This document shows positions 1 to 7,990 of a stretch of DNA of 11,137 nucleotides, piece after piece. How positions within the stretch are numbered: position 1 is the first letter of the stretch; every line of letters starts with the position of its first letter. The DNA is from Fidelibacterota bacterium (GTDB lineage: Bacteria; Fidelibacterota; Marinisomatia; Marinisomatales; S15-B10). The translations under genes and the position numbers were made by a program. A model generated the notes under the pieces. The model did not search any database, had not been told where the DNA came from, and saw only the letters and a program-made list of their open reading frames with translations. The stretch is from NCBI GenBank assembly GCA_002729175.1, contig PBTS01000026.1:25781-36917 (forward strand), given 5' to 3'.

Positions 1-503
1 GTGTATCGATCAATAGCGATGTGAAAGTCGTCAGATTTCCTCAGGAAGATATCCCGTTTTTTTGTTGAGTAGCGTCTGTCACGCGACTTGATCACGTATT
101 CTTTTTCTATCTCACGTCGTTTCTGGTTTCCGGCTGTTACTACGCGGTCTTCGAAAAAGAATGAGGCGGCACTAATGAATATGGAGCATATGATAAGCGG
201 TGCTGCTATTCTGTAAAGTGAGACGCCTGAAGCCTTCATGGCTGTGAGTTCATTTCTTCTTGAAAGAAGGCCTACAGTAAAGATAGTGGAGACAAGCACC
301 GCCATTGGTAGTCCAATGCTTGTAAACCACGGCAAGGAATGGATATAATACGAAAAAATAATATTACCGGGAACCTCAGCATCGATGAACTTGTCCATAT
401 TCTCGACTGCATCTACTACAACAAAAATAACCAGGAATCCAAGGATGGAGACGCCTAAGAGAGACAGGAATTGACGAATTATGTAGAAATCAATCCTTTT
501 CAT
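1..503 (-). CDS. lptG: LptF/LptG (YjgP/YjgQ) family LPS export ABC transporter permease, LptG-like; 5' part only, runs off the window edge
   Basis: Not in the ORF track because there is no stop in the window. Manual translation from ATG (CAT at 501-503) is open to position 1: MKRIDFYIIRQFLSLLGVSILGFLVIFVVVDAVENMDKFID...LPMAVLVSTIFTVGLLSRRNELTAMKASGVSLYRIAAPLII.... The 'DxYI' start and 'NELTAMKASGVSLYR' are family signatures. lptG versus lptF is less certain than the family call. Confidence 0.88.
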   Translation of the reverse strand, partial: MKRIDFYIIRQFLSLLGVSILGFLVIFVVVDAVENMDKFIDAEVPGNIIFSYYIHSLPWFTSIGLPMAVLVSTIFTVGLLSRRNELTAMKASGVSLYRIAAPLIICSIFISAASFFFEDRVVTAGNQKRREIEKEYVIKSRDRRYSTKKRDIFLRKSDDFHIAIDRY

Positions 504-512
504 CGTTCAGTC

Positions 513-518
513 AAATTA
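513..518 (-). promoter_or_regulatory. Candidate -10 element (TAATTT) for the lptG-like gene
   Basis: AAATTA at 513-518 reads TAATTT on the minus strand, 9 nt upstream of the ATG. No convincing -35 or SD seen. Confidence 0.35.
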
Positions 519-575
519 CTCAGAGCAATATGAAAAAGGGAGGAAAAATCACTTTTCTTCTGATAACTCACCCCC

Positions 576-581
576 TATATT
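576..581 (+). promoter_or_regulatory. Candidate -10 element (TATATT) for the NhaC-family gene
   Basis: TATATT at 576-581, 10 nt upstream of the in-frame GTG at 592. It overlaps the ORF-track TTG start at 580. Confidence 0.35.
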
Positions 582-591
582 GACCCCCTTT

Positions 592-2247
592 GTGAACGGA
601 CAGACCCGTAAAATTTCTCTTATCGTTGCATTTATCGCACTTGTCGTGTGGGAATTGTTGGTTCCCACGGGCAATGTGACAGACTTCCGGGTTTCTTTTT
701 CCTCCCTTATACCTCCGTTGTTTGCCATTTCCATGGCACTCATTACAAGGGAAGTGATTCTTTCACTGTTTTGTGGTGTTTGGATCGGCGCTACCATGCT
801 CATGGGGTATAACCCCTTGGAAGGGCTTCTTAAGACCATTGATACTCACATTGTGAATTCCGTCACTGATACTGATCAGGCGGCTATACTGCTGTTTACC
901 CTCGGTTTCGGCGGTGTCATCGGTGTGGTCAGTGCAAACGGCGGAATGGGAGGAGTGGTAAAAAGTGCTTCACAGTATGCCAATACACGAAAGCGAAGTC
1001 AAATGGCAACTATGCTCATGGGAGTGGTCATTTTCTTTGACGACTATGCCAACACTCTTTTCGTCGGAAACATGATGCGGCCGTTCACCGATAAACTCAA
1101 GGTGTCCCGGGAGAAACTTGCCTACCTGGTTGATTCCACCGCTGCACCGGTGGCGAGTCTTGCTGTTATCAGCACTTGGTCCGTTTTTCAGATGTCGCTC
1201 TTGGAAACACCATATAAAGAATACGGTATTGTGGAGAACCCTTACATCACATTCCTTAATTCCATTCCGTACTCTTTCTATTGCATTATCACCATTGTAT
1301 TCATGGGTTTCTTGGTCTGGTCAGGCCGTGATTATAACAATATGCTCAAAGCGGAGCGTCGTGCTCTCAATGAAGGGAAGGTTCTGGCTGATGGTGCACA
1401 ACCTCTCACAGATACAGAATTGTCCCAAGATGGGGGATTGAAGTCAGCTACTTCACACTGGACAAACGCCATGGTGCCGGTTCTTTTGCTTGTTGTCATA
1501 ATTATCATCGGACTGTACGAGACTGGGACAGACGCACTGGCACCCGGTGACGATCATTCCATCAGAAATATCATCGGCTCCTCCGATCCATACCGGGCCC
1601 TAATGTGGGGCTCTTTTATAGCGGGATTTGTGGCTATTTTTCTTTCTTATGGAAGAAACCTTCTCACTTTAAGGGAAAGCCTGGAGTTTTGGGTAAAGGG
1701 AGCCAAGTCAATGCTTATGGCTTGTATGATCCTTGTTCTAGCCTGGACGCTGGGAGATATCTGCAGGGAAGTTAAGACGGCCGATTATATCATAAGTTTA
1801 ACTGAAGGTTTTCTCACACCGGCCCTTTTGCCACCGATCACTTTTTTAACCGCGGCTGTTGTCAGTTTTTGTACAGGTACCTCCTGGGGGACAATGCCTA
1901 TTCTCGTTCCCATCGCTGTACCGTTGGCTTTCAACCTTTTGGGAGGAGACCCCAATTCTCTTGTTGGTGAACCGATATATCTTGCAACTTTTGCCAGCGT
2001 ACTCTCGGGATGTGTATTTGGTGACCACTGTTCACCCCTATCTGATACAACAATACTTTCCTCAATTGCTTCTGGCTCGGACCATGTTGATCACGTCAAG
2101 ACTCAGTTGCCTTATGCTTTAACCACAGGGGTTATCAGTCTTGTTTTGGGATATTCTCTTGTCAGTTACCTGCCGGTGGGGGTGTCTATTTTGCTGGCTG
2201 CTGCTGTTGCAGTGGCAGTCGTAAAGCTGTGGGGACGAGAACCTTAA
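592..2247 (+). CDS. Na+/H+ antiporter NhaC family membrane transporter (COG1757-like; substrate uncertain)
   Basis: Highly hydrophobic ~550 aa ORF with FFDDYAN, SREKLAYLVDSTAAP, GTSWGT and FGDHCSPLSDTTILSS...DHVKTQLPYA motifs typical of the NhaC family. Start is ambiguous (TTG 580 or GTG 592). Stop TAA at 2245-2247. Confidence 0.88.
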   Translation: MNGQTRKISLIVAFIALVVWELLVPTGNVTDFRVSFSSLIPPLFAISMALITREVILSLFCGVWIGATMLMGYNPLEGLLKTIDTHIVNSVTDTDQAAILLFTLGFGGVIGVVSANGGMGGVVKSASQYANTRKRSQMATMLMGVVIFFDDYANTLFVGNMMRPFTDKLKVSREKLAYLVDSTAAPVASLAVISTWSVFQMSLLETPYKEYGIVENPYITFLNSIPYSFYCIITIVFMGFLVWSGRDYNNMLKAERRALNEGKVLADGAQPLTDTELSQDGGLKSATSHWTNAMVPVLLLVVIIIIGLYETGTDALAPGDDHSIRNIIGSSDPYRALMWGSFIAGFVAIFLSYGRNLLTLRESLEFWVKGAKSMLMACMILVLAWTLGDICREVKTADYIISLTEGFLTPALLPPITFLTAAVVSFCTGTSWGTMPILVPIAVPLAFNLLGGDPNSLVGEPIYLATFASVLSGCVFGDHCSPLSDTTILSSIASGSDHVDHVKTQLPYALTTGVISLVLGYSLVSYLPVGVSILLAAAVAVAVVKLWGREP

Positions 2248-3458
2248 TCTCCCACTGCTCTTTGCCTGATAAGGATTCGCTCAATCTGACTTGGAGTGGA
2301 TCTGAGAATTTTTATTCTGCAACCGGCTGACACTAATTTTTCCCCGGGCATAGGAATTCTTCCCAGCCGTTGGATGACAAAACCACCGATTGTCTCATAA
2401 TTTCCTTTCGTCAACCTGACGCCGCATACCGATTCAAGTTCCTCCAAATCTACACGACTGTCCACGACGAAACTGCCGTCAGACAGTCGGGATACCCGTT
2501 TCGTCTCCTGATCAAACACATCTTCAAATTCACCAAATAGCTCTTCAATGAGATCTTCAACCGTAACCAGACCGGAGGTCTTTCCATCAGCCCCTACAAC
2601 AATGGCGAGTGTTGATCGGTATCGCCTCAATTCCCGAAGTGCTTCGCTGGACGCCATTGTTTCGCTGATAAAGAGTGGTCGGTGAGCAATTTCAAGGAGA
2701 GATTCTGACTCCGAGAAAAGGTCATGAAGAAAAATGATTCCCCGGATCTGATCGAGCGAATCTTTGTAAAGGACCAGTTTGGAGAGTCCGGTGGAAGACA
2801 TAAGTTGAACGGCATCTTCAACAGAGGTGTCTTCATGCAGACCTATAATGTCGGCGCGGGGTGTCATGGCTACTCGGACCGGTTGTGAACCAAAATCAAA
2901 AATATTTGTGATCACCTCTTTTTCTTCTGCTTCCAACTCTTTACTCACTTCCATTTCATCAAACAGAATCTTCAATTCATTTCGATTCAAAAAGTGTGTG
3001 GATGACTTTTCTTTGCCTTCAGGAAACAGGGATGCGTAGCTCCGAGCAAGCCAGACAATAGGAGTGAAGAGAATCTCCGATGTCCTAAGAAATGGCGTGT
3101 TGAAGACAGCCATTGAATTGGCCCGTTCCCTGGAAAAACTTTTTGGTAATATTTCACCGAACACTAGGATAACAGCTGATATTGTTATAACGATCCACAA
3201 TTGCGGCAGACCCAAACGCAGGAGTGAAATAGTGGCGTAAGATGAGGTTAAAACATTTGCCAGATTTGTCCCAATTAGAACAGTAATTAAGTATCTGTCC
3301 GGTTTGCCCAGAAATTGCTCAGTAAGGTTTACAGTTCTGTATCCTCGCTTGCGCCAGACTGCCAGTTGGAGAGGATTTGCTTGATGAAATGAAATTTCAG
3401 TGGCTGAGAAAAATGCAGATAGAGCCAGGCCAATGATTGCGACAGAAGTTTCTAACAT
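2244..3458 (-). CDS. Hemolysin family / CorC-TlyC-like protein (CNNM/DUF21 TM domain + CBS pair + CorC_HlyC domain), probable Mg2+ homeostasis
   Basis: 404 aa. N-terminal LSAFFSATE, LIGTNLAN and FGEILPK (DUF21); MTPRADI and GLVTVEDLIEELFGEF (CBS pair); YETIGGFVIQRLGRIP (CorC/HlyC domain). Confidence 0.92.
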   Translation of the reverse strand: MLETSVAIIGLALSAFFSATEISFHQANPLQLAVWRKRGYRTVNLTEQFLGKPDRYLITVLIGTNLANVLTSSYATISLLRLGLPQLWIVITISAVILVFGEILPKSFSRERANSMAVFNTPFLRTSEILFTPIVWLARSYASLFPEGKEKSSTHFLNRNELKILFDEMEVSKELEAEEKEVITNIFDFGSQPVRVAMTPRADIIGLHEDTSVEDAVQLMSSTGLSKLVLYKDSLDQIRGIIFLHDLFSESESLLEIAHRPLFISETMASSEALRELRRYRSTLAIVVGADGKTSGLVTVEDLIEELFGEFEDVFDQETKRVSRLSDGSFVVDSRVDLEELESVCGVRLTKGNYETIGGFVIQRLGRIPMPGEKLVSAGCRIKILRSTPSQIERILIRQRAVGD

Positions 3459-3463
3459 AGGAC

Positions 3464-3469
3464 AATTTA
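3464..3469 (-). promoter_or_regulatory. Candidate -10 element (TAAATT) 5 nt upstream of the CNNM gene ATG; possibly leaderless
   Basis: The minus strand reads ...TTTTGTG-TAAATT-GTCCT-ATG. The same hexamer occurs in the clearer promoter at 9075-9080. No SD. Confidence 0.45.
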
Positions 3470-3575
3470 CACAAAATCAGTTGAGTAAAGGGCTGTTCAG
3501 CGGGGAATGGAATACACTTCATTGAGACAGTGAAGGGTGATTAACTTTTTCAAGATAAGATGACCATGTTGAATA

Positions 3576-4484
3576 ATGGCTGAAAGGCTGAACAGATCGT
3601 CTCTGGCAACGGAGCAGCAAAATCCTTCTTCCATGGATCTCGATTCCAAGTCAGTAGCTAAAATTCTGGAAATCATCAACAGGGAAGACAGCACAGTGTC
3701 GGAGGCTGTTCGTGAAGTGCTTCCTCAGTTGGAAAAGGTGGTGAATCTGGCAGTGGATGCCATCAGGGGCGGGCATCATGTTATTTATGTAGGTGCTGGT
3801 ACGAGTGGTCGTTTGGGTGTTTTGGATGCTGCTGAATGTCCACCTACATTTTCGGCACCGCCTGACTTTTTCCAGGGCGTTATTGCTGGGGGAGAAGAAG
3901 CTTTAAGGCAATCCATTGAAGGTGCTGAAGACAAACCGGAAGATGCGGAACGGGACCTGAAATCAATCGGCGTTCGTGAAGGGGATGTGGTCATTGGTAT
4001 TGCCAGCAGTGGAACAACAACCTATGTGCTCCATGCCCTGCAATATGCGAAAACCAAAGGATCTTCTACTGTTTTTCTGATATGCAATCCTTCGCCTATT
4101 GTGGAAATTGATGTGGACGTTCTCATAGCTGTGGATGTGGGCCAGGAGGTTATTACAGGCTCTACCCGAATGAAATCGGGCACCGCCACAAAAATGATAC
4201 TCAATATGATATCAACTGCCACTATGGTACGGTTCGGCAAAGTTTACGGCAACCTCATGGTGGACCTCAAAGCTGTGAATGAAAAGCTGGTGGACAGAGG
4301 TAACCGTATTATCTCCCAGCTAACAGGCCTGGACTATGATTCAGCAAACGATTTGCTCATGGATGCCGGGAAAGAGGTGAAAACAGCCATCGTTATGCAC
4401 CACCAGAAGTGTGATTACGACACAGCCAGACAGACGTTGGATGATAATGACGGTTTCCTACGATTTGTCATCGAAACAAAATAG
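3576..4484 (+). CDS. murQ: N-acetylmuramic acid 6-phosphate etherase
   Basis: 302 aa SIS-fold protein with TEQQNPSS, GAGTSGRLGVLDAAECPPTF, IEGAED (both catalytic Glu motifs present), GSTRMKSGTATKMILNM and GKVYGNLMVDL. Confidence 0.96.
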   Translation: MAERLNRSSLATEQQNPSSMDLDSKSVAKILEIINREDSTVSEAVREVLPQLEKVVNLAVDAIRGGHHVIYVGAGTSGRLGVLDAAECPPTFSAPPDFFQGVIAGGEEALRQSIEGAEDKPEDAERDLKSIGVREGDVVIGIASSGTTTYVLHALQYAKTKGSSTVFLICNPSPIVEIDVDVLIAVDVGQEVITGSTRMKSGTATKMILNMISTATMVRFGKVYGNLMVDLKAVNEKLVDRGNRIISQLTGLDYDSANDLLMDAGKEVKTAIVMHHQKCDYDTARQTLDDNDGFLRFVIETK

Positions 4485-4504
4485 TCATACCGAAAGACGA
4501 CTAA

Positions 4505-5641
4505 ATGTCGGTTGATCTGAATATCCTCCGAAAAAAACAGCGTCTCACCATGGTCGGACTCATGACAGGTACCTCCATGGATGGGTTGGACATCTGTGTG
4601 GCAGAGGTAGAGTTTGGAAAGAAATCTGCGAAAATTAATGTTTTGGAAACAGGCTCAGCCCCTTACAGCGAAAAAATGCGAACCGATGTTGAAATTTGCC
4701 TAGAGCTTGATGAAAAAATGATTGCCGAAACAGATGATTCATTGGGTCGTTTCATGGCAAATGAGACAACCAGGTTTTTGAAAAGGCACGGACTAAATGA
4801 CATAGATGCCGTTGCTATGCACGGACAGACCGTTCATCATGTCAGTGGTGAGTCGACTCTCCAGATTGGGGAACCGTCCTTTTTGGCTCAAGCTCTCGAT
4901 GTGCCGGTGATCTCAGATTTCCGTACCGCCGACATTACCGCGGGAGGTACCGGCGCACCCCTCATTCCAATAGTGGACAAATGGCTATTCCAGCACCCCG
5001 AGGAGGCCGTTGTCTGCCTGAACCTAGGCGGCGTTGCCAATGTTACTTACCTTCCTCCCAAAACTTCAGATGAGTTGATCCTTGGCTTCGACACGGGCCC
5101 CGGCATGGCACTGTTGGATGAAGCGTCAAAAGCTCTAACGGGGAATAATTTTGATGAGGACGGCGCCATGGCTCAGGTTGGTACTGCTCGCGAGGAATCA
5201 GTGGAGGGATGGCTCAGTCACTCCTTCATAACAGCACCACCACCCAAATCCACTGGCAGAGATGAGTTTGGTGCTAATTGGATCTCGGAACAACTACCTG
5301 ATATGAACAGTTGGAGAGTGAATGATGTTCTGGCAACACTATCCCTTTTTACCGCTCGGAGCGTGGCAGTAAATTGCCGAGAGTTCCTTCCGTTTGAAAC
5401 TGTTAAACAATTCATAATCTCAGGCGGAGGTGTTTACAACAAATCTGTGATGCGTCAATTAGAAACTGAATTTTCTTCTGTTTCCATTCTCACTTCTCAT
5501 GAGCTCGGCTTCGATCCTTTCATGAAGGAAGCGCTGGGCTTTGCCATGTTGGGGGCGGCACATCTGAAGGGAATCCCGGGCAATCTCCCTTCCGTGACGG
5601 GTGCCTCAGAGGCTGTTGTACTCGGTAAACTGACTGTTTAG
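4505..5641 (+). CDS. anmK: Anhydro-N-acetylmuramic acid kinase
   Basis: 378 aa with GLMTGTSMDGLD, HGQTV, DFRTADITAGGTGAPL, LNLGGVANVT, FDTGPG, PKSTGRDEF, EALGFA and GNLPSVTGA. Directly downstream of murQ. Confidence 0.95.
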   Translation: MSVDLNILRKKQRLTMVGLMTGTSMDGLDICVAEVEFGKKSAKINVLETGSAPYSEKMRTDVEICLELDEKMIAETDDSLGRFMANETTRFLKRHGLNDIDAVAMHGQTVHHVSGESTLQIGEPSFLAQALDVPVISDFRTADITAGGTGAPLIPIVDKWLFQHPEEAVVCLNLGGVANVTYLPPKTSDELILGFDTGPGMALLDEASKALTGNNFDEDGAMAQVGTAREESVEGWLSHSFITAPPPKSTGRDEFGANWISEQLPDMNSWRVNDVLATLSLFTARSVAVNCREFLPFETVKQFIISGGGVYNKSVMRQLETEFSSVSILTSHELGFDPFMKEALGFAMLGAAHLKGIPGNLPSVTGASEAVVLGKLTV

Positions 5642-5650
5642 AATCACACC

Positions 5651-7021
5651 ATGAAAGTGAATCCATACGTTTTTCGGCAGTACGATATAAGGGGTGTTGT
5701 TGAGGAAGATTTTCCTCCGGAGTTTGTATCAGGACTCGGCAAAGCATTTGGGACGCTTGTCAAACAGTCCGGTGTGCGAGAGATTGCTCTTAGCGGTGAT
5801 GTCCGGTTAAGTACGCCCCAGCTAAAAAAGCTTTTCAAGGAAGGCGTTTTGGAAACAGGAATTGATATCATTGATATTGGAACGCTACCCACTCCTGCCA
5901 ATTATTACAGCATGTGGAAGCTGAATGCTGGTGCCGCAGTTCAGATTACTGGGAGCCACAACCCTGCAAATATGAACGGATTCAAAATGTCTCTGAATAA
6001 GGGGGCGGTTTACGGAGATCAGATCCAGCAACTGAAAAGCTTCATGGAGCGAGATGATTTTGAGAGTGGAGAAGGGACTGAAGTGAAATACAAGATTCTG
6101 GATGAATATATTGAAATGATTAAGAACAAAATCACGTTTGACCGCCAGATGACCCTAGCCATGGATTGTGGTAATGCGGCAGCCTGTCTCGCTGCTCCGA
6201 CAATTTTCAATGAACTTGATGCCGATCTGACCGAACTGTTTTGTGATGTGGATGGTAACTTTCCAAACCATCACCCGGATCCAACTGTTACTGAGAATCT
6301 CGCCAAGTTAATTTCAACGGTTAAAGGTGGTGACTTTGACGCCGGTCTCGCTTATGATGGTGATGCCGACCGTATCGGTTTGGTAGATGAAAATGGAGAG
6401 ATCATATTTGCCGATCAGATCATGGCTCTTATGTTGCCCGAAATCGTGAATGAAGGAGACGAGATCCTTTTTGATGTTAAGTGCTCACAGGCACTTGAGG
6501 AAGAGATCATCCGGCTGGGGGGAAAACCAGTTATCTGGAAGACGGGTCACTCTCTAATCAAACAGAGAATGAAAGAACTCTCCTGTAGGTTCGGTGGTGA
6601 GATGAGCGGCCATCTCTTTTTTGCTGATGACTATTTCGGCTATGATGATGCTATTTACGTATCAGCACGGGTTATTCAAATGTTGTCTCGCCAGGATAAA
6701 AAACTTTCCGAGCTTGTGGCGGCACTACCTCAGTATCACTCCACACCGGAAATGAGACTCAACTGTTCGGATGATGAGGAAAAATTCAGGATTAACATGG
6801 AGGCAACGACTTATTTTGATGAACATTACGATTGTCTGGACATTGATGGTGTCAGGATCAGATTCCCTGACGGTTGGGGGTTGGTCCGGGCATCCAATAC
6901 TCAGCCGGTAATCGTTTGCCGTTTTGAAGCGAAAAGTGAAGAGAGGATGAAGGAAATCCAAAAGCTTGTTTTGGATAAGATCAGTGAGTTAGGTGATGTG
7001 GAGATTCCAGCTGATGGCTGA
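5651..7021 (+). CDS. Phosphomannomutase/phosphoglucomutase (AlgC-like alpha-D-phosphohexomutase)
   Basis: 456 aa with FRQYDIRG, catalytic TGSHNP, FPNHHPDP, metal-binding DGDADR, sugar-binding GEMSGH and GWGLVRASNTQP. Confidence 0.94.
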   Translation: MKVNPYVFRQYDIRGVVEEDFPPEFVSGLGKAFGTLVKQSGVREIALSGDVRLSTPQLKKLFKEGVLETGIDIIDIGTLPTPANYYSMWKLNAGAAVQITGSHNPANMNGFKMSLNKGAVYGDQIQQLKSFMERDDFESGEGTEVKYKILDEYIEMIKNKITFDRQMTLAMDCGNAAACLAAPTIFNELDADLTELFCDVDGNFPNHHPDPTVTENLAKLISTVKGGDFDAGLAYDGDADRIGLVDENGEIIFADQIMALMLPEIVNEGDEILFDVKCSQALEEEIIRLGGKPVIWKTGHSLIKQRMKELSCRFGGEMSGHLFFADDYFGYDDAIYVSARVIQMLSRQDKKLSELVAALPQYHSTPEMRLNCSDDEEKFRINMEATTYFDEHYDCLDIDGVRIRFPDGWGLVRASNTQPVIVCRFEAKSEERMKEIQKLVLDKISELGDVEIPADG

Positions 7022-7988
7022 TGATTTTTCCAGCCAAATAGAACGATACCGAAATCTTATTGATGCGGCTCTTTTGGATATTGGTAAAAATGGTGAACCT
7101 GCCTATCTATATGAGCCCATCCGTTACATTCTTTCCGGTAAGGGGAAACGTCTTCGTCCTTCGTTAGTATTCATTTCCGCCGAGGCTTTCGGTGCCAGTG
7201 AGAGTGAGGCTCTGCCGGCAGCCATGGCTGTTGAGATTCTGCACAACTTCTCTCTTGTTCACGATGATATCATGGACGGTGATGATCTTCGACACGGTAA
7301 AGAGACGGTTCACAAACACTGGGATGACTCCGTGGCCATCTTGGCTGGTGACGGCATTTTTTCCCTGGCCTATGATCAGCTCACCCGTCTTGATAGTGCG
7401 GCAACAGAATGTTTGAAAGTTTTTTCAAAGGCAACACTGAGGCTGTGCGAAGGCCAGGCACTGGACAAGGATTTTGAATCCCATAAAGCGGTTAGTGTGG
7501 ATGATTATCTAGAGATGGTCCGGCTCAAGACAGGGACACTTCTCTCCCTCTGTTGCCGGCTCGGCGCCATCGTGGGCAGTGCATCTGCGGATCAGACTGA
7601 TCGGGCTGGGCGGTTCGGCGAACGGGTGGGGCAGGCATTTCAGATTCAGGATGATATTCTTGAGATCTACTCAAGCTCAGATAATATGGGGAAGAGCCTT
7701 GGCTCTGATGTGTTGGCGGGAAAAAAAACATTTCTCACTTGCAGTGCTGAAGAGGAGAATGCTTCTCAGTGGTCTGAATTCAGGACCGGTCTCGGCGGAG
7801 GAGATTTAAGCGAAGAGATATTGCCGGCATTGCGTCAATACTTTCGAGATAACGGAATTCAAGAATCAGGGGAGGAAAGAGTGAAACAACTGGTGAATGA
7901 GGCACTTTCATTCCTGGAAAATATCCCTAAAAATAAGCGAGAGAAATTTGAGTTGTTTGTGCAGATGGTGATAGAAAGGAAGCATTAG
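7014..7988 (+). CDS. Trans-polyprenyl diphosphate synthase, probably short-chain (GGPP/FPP synthase-like)
   Basis: GKRLRP, EILHNFSLVHDDIMD (FARM), LAGD, EGQALD, KTG, FQIQDDILE (SARM), GK..GSD and GKKT. Start placed at ATG 7014, which overlaps the upstream gene by 8 nt, rather than at 6993. Confidence 0.92.
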   Translation: MADDFSSQIERYRNLIDAALLDIGKNGEPAYLYEPIRYILSGKGKRLRPSLVFISAEAFGASESEALPAAMAVEILHNFSLVHDDIMDGDDLRHGKETVHKHWDDSVAILAGDGIFSLAYDQLTRLDSAATECLKVFSKATLRLCEGQALDKDFESHKAVSVDDYLEMVRLKTGTLLSLCCRLGAIVGSASADQTDRAGRFGERVGQAFQIQDDILEIYSSSDNMGKSLGSDVLAGKKTFLTCSAEEENASQWSEFRTGLGGGDLSEEILPALRQYFRDNGIQESGEERVKQLVNEALSFLENIPKNKREKFELFVQMVIERKH

Positions 7989-7990
7989 CC

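Noticed and set aside
2193..2220. GCT-rich low-complexity run
   Set aside because: It simply encodes an Ala/Val-rich transmembrane helix (LAAAVAVAV).
549..3039. Short alternative ORFs (549..839, 1118..1441, 1846..2028, 1859..2122, 2627..2836, 2827..3039)
   Set aside because: They are nested in or antisense to well-supported genes and show no motifs or initiation signals.
6993..7013. ORF-track start of the prenyl synthase at 6993
   Set aside because: It adds MMWRFQL deep inside the upstream gene. ATG 7014 gives a typical short overlap.
7721..7728. A8 homopolymer (also A7 at 4532-4538) as a possible slippage or phase-variation site
   Set aside because: The A8 run encodes the conserved GKKT motif and the A7 run encodes RKKQ, both in intact frames. 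The runs are short and there is no frameshift evidence.
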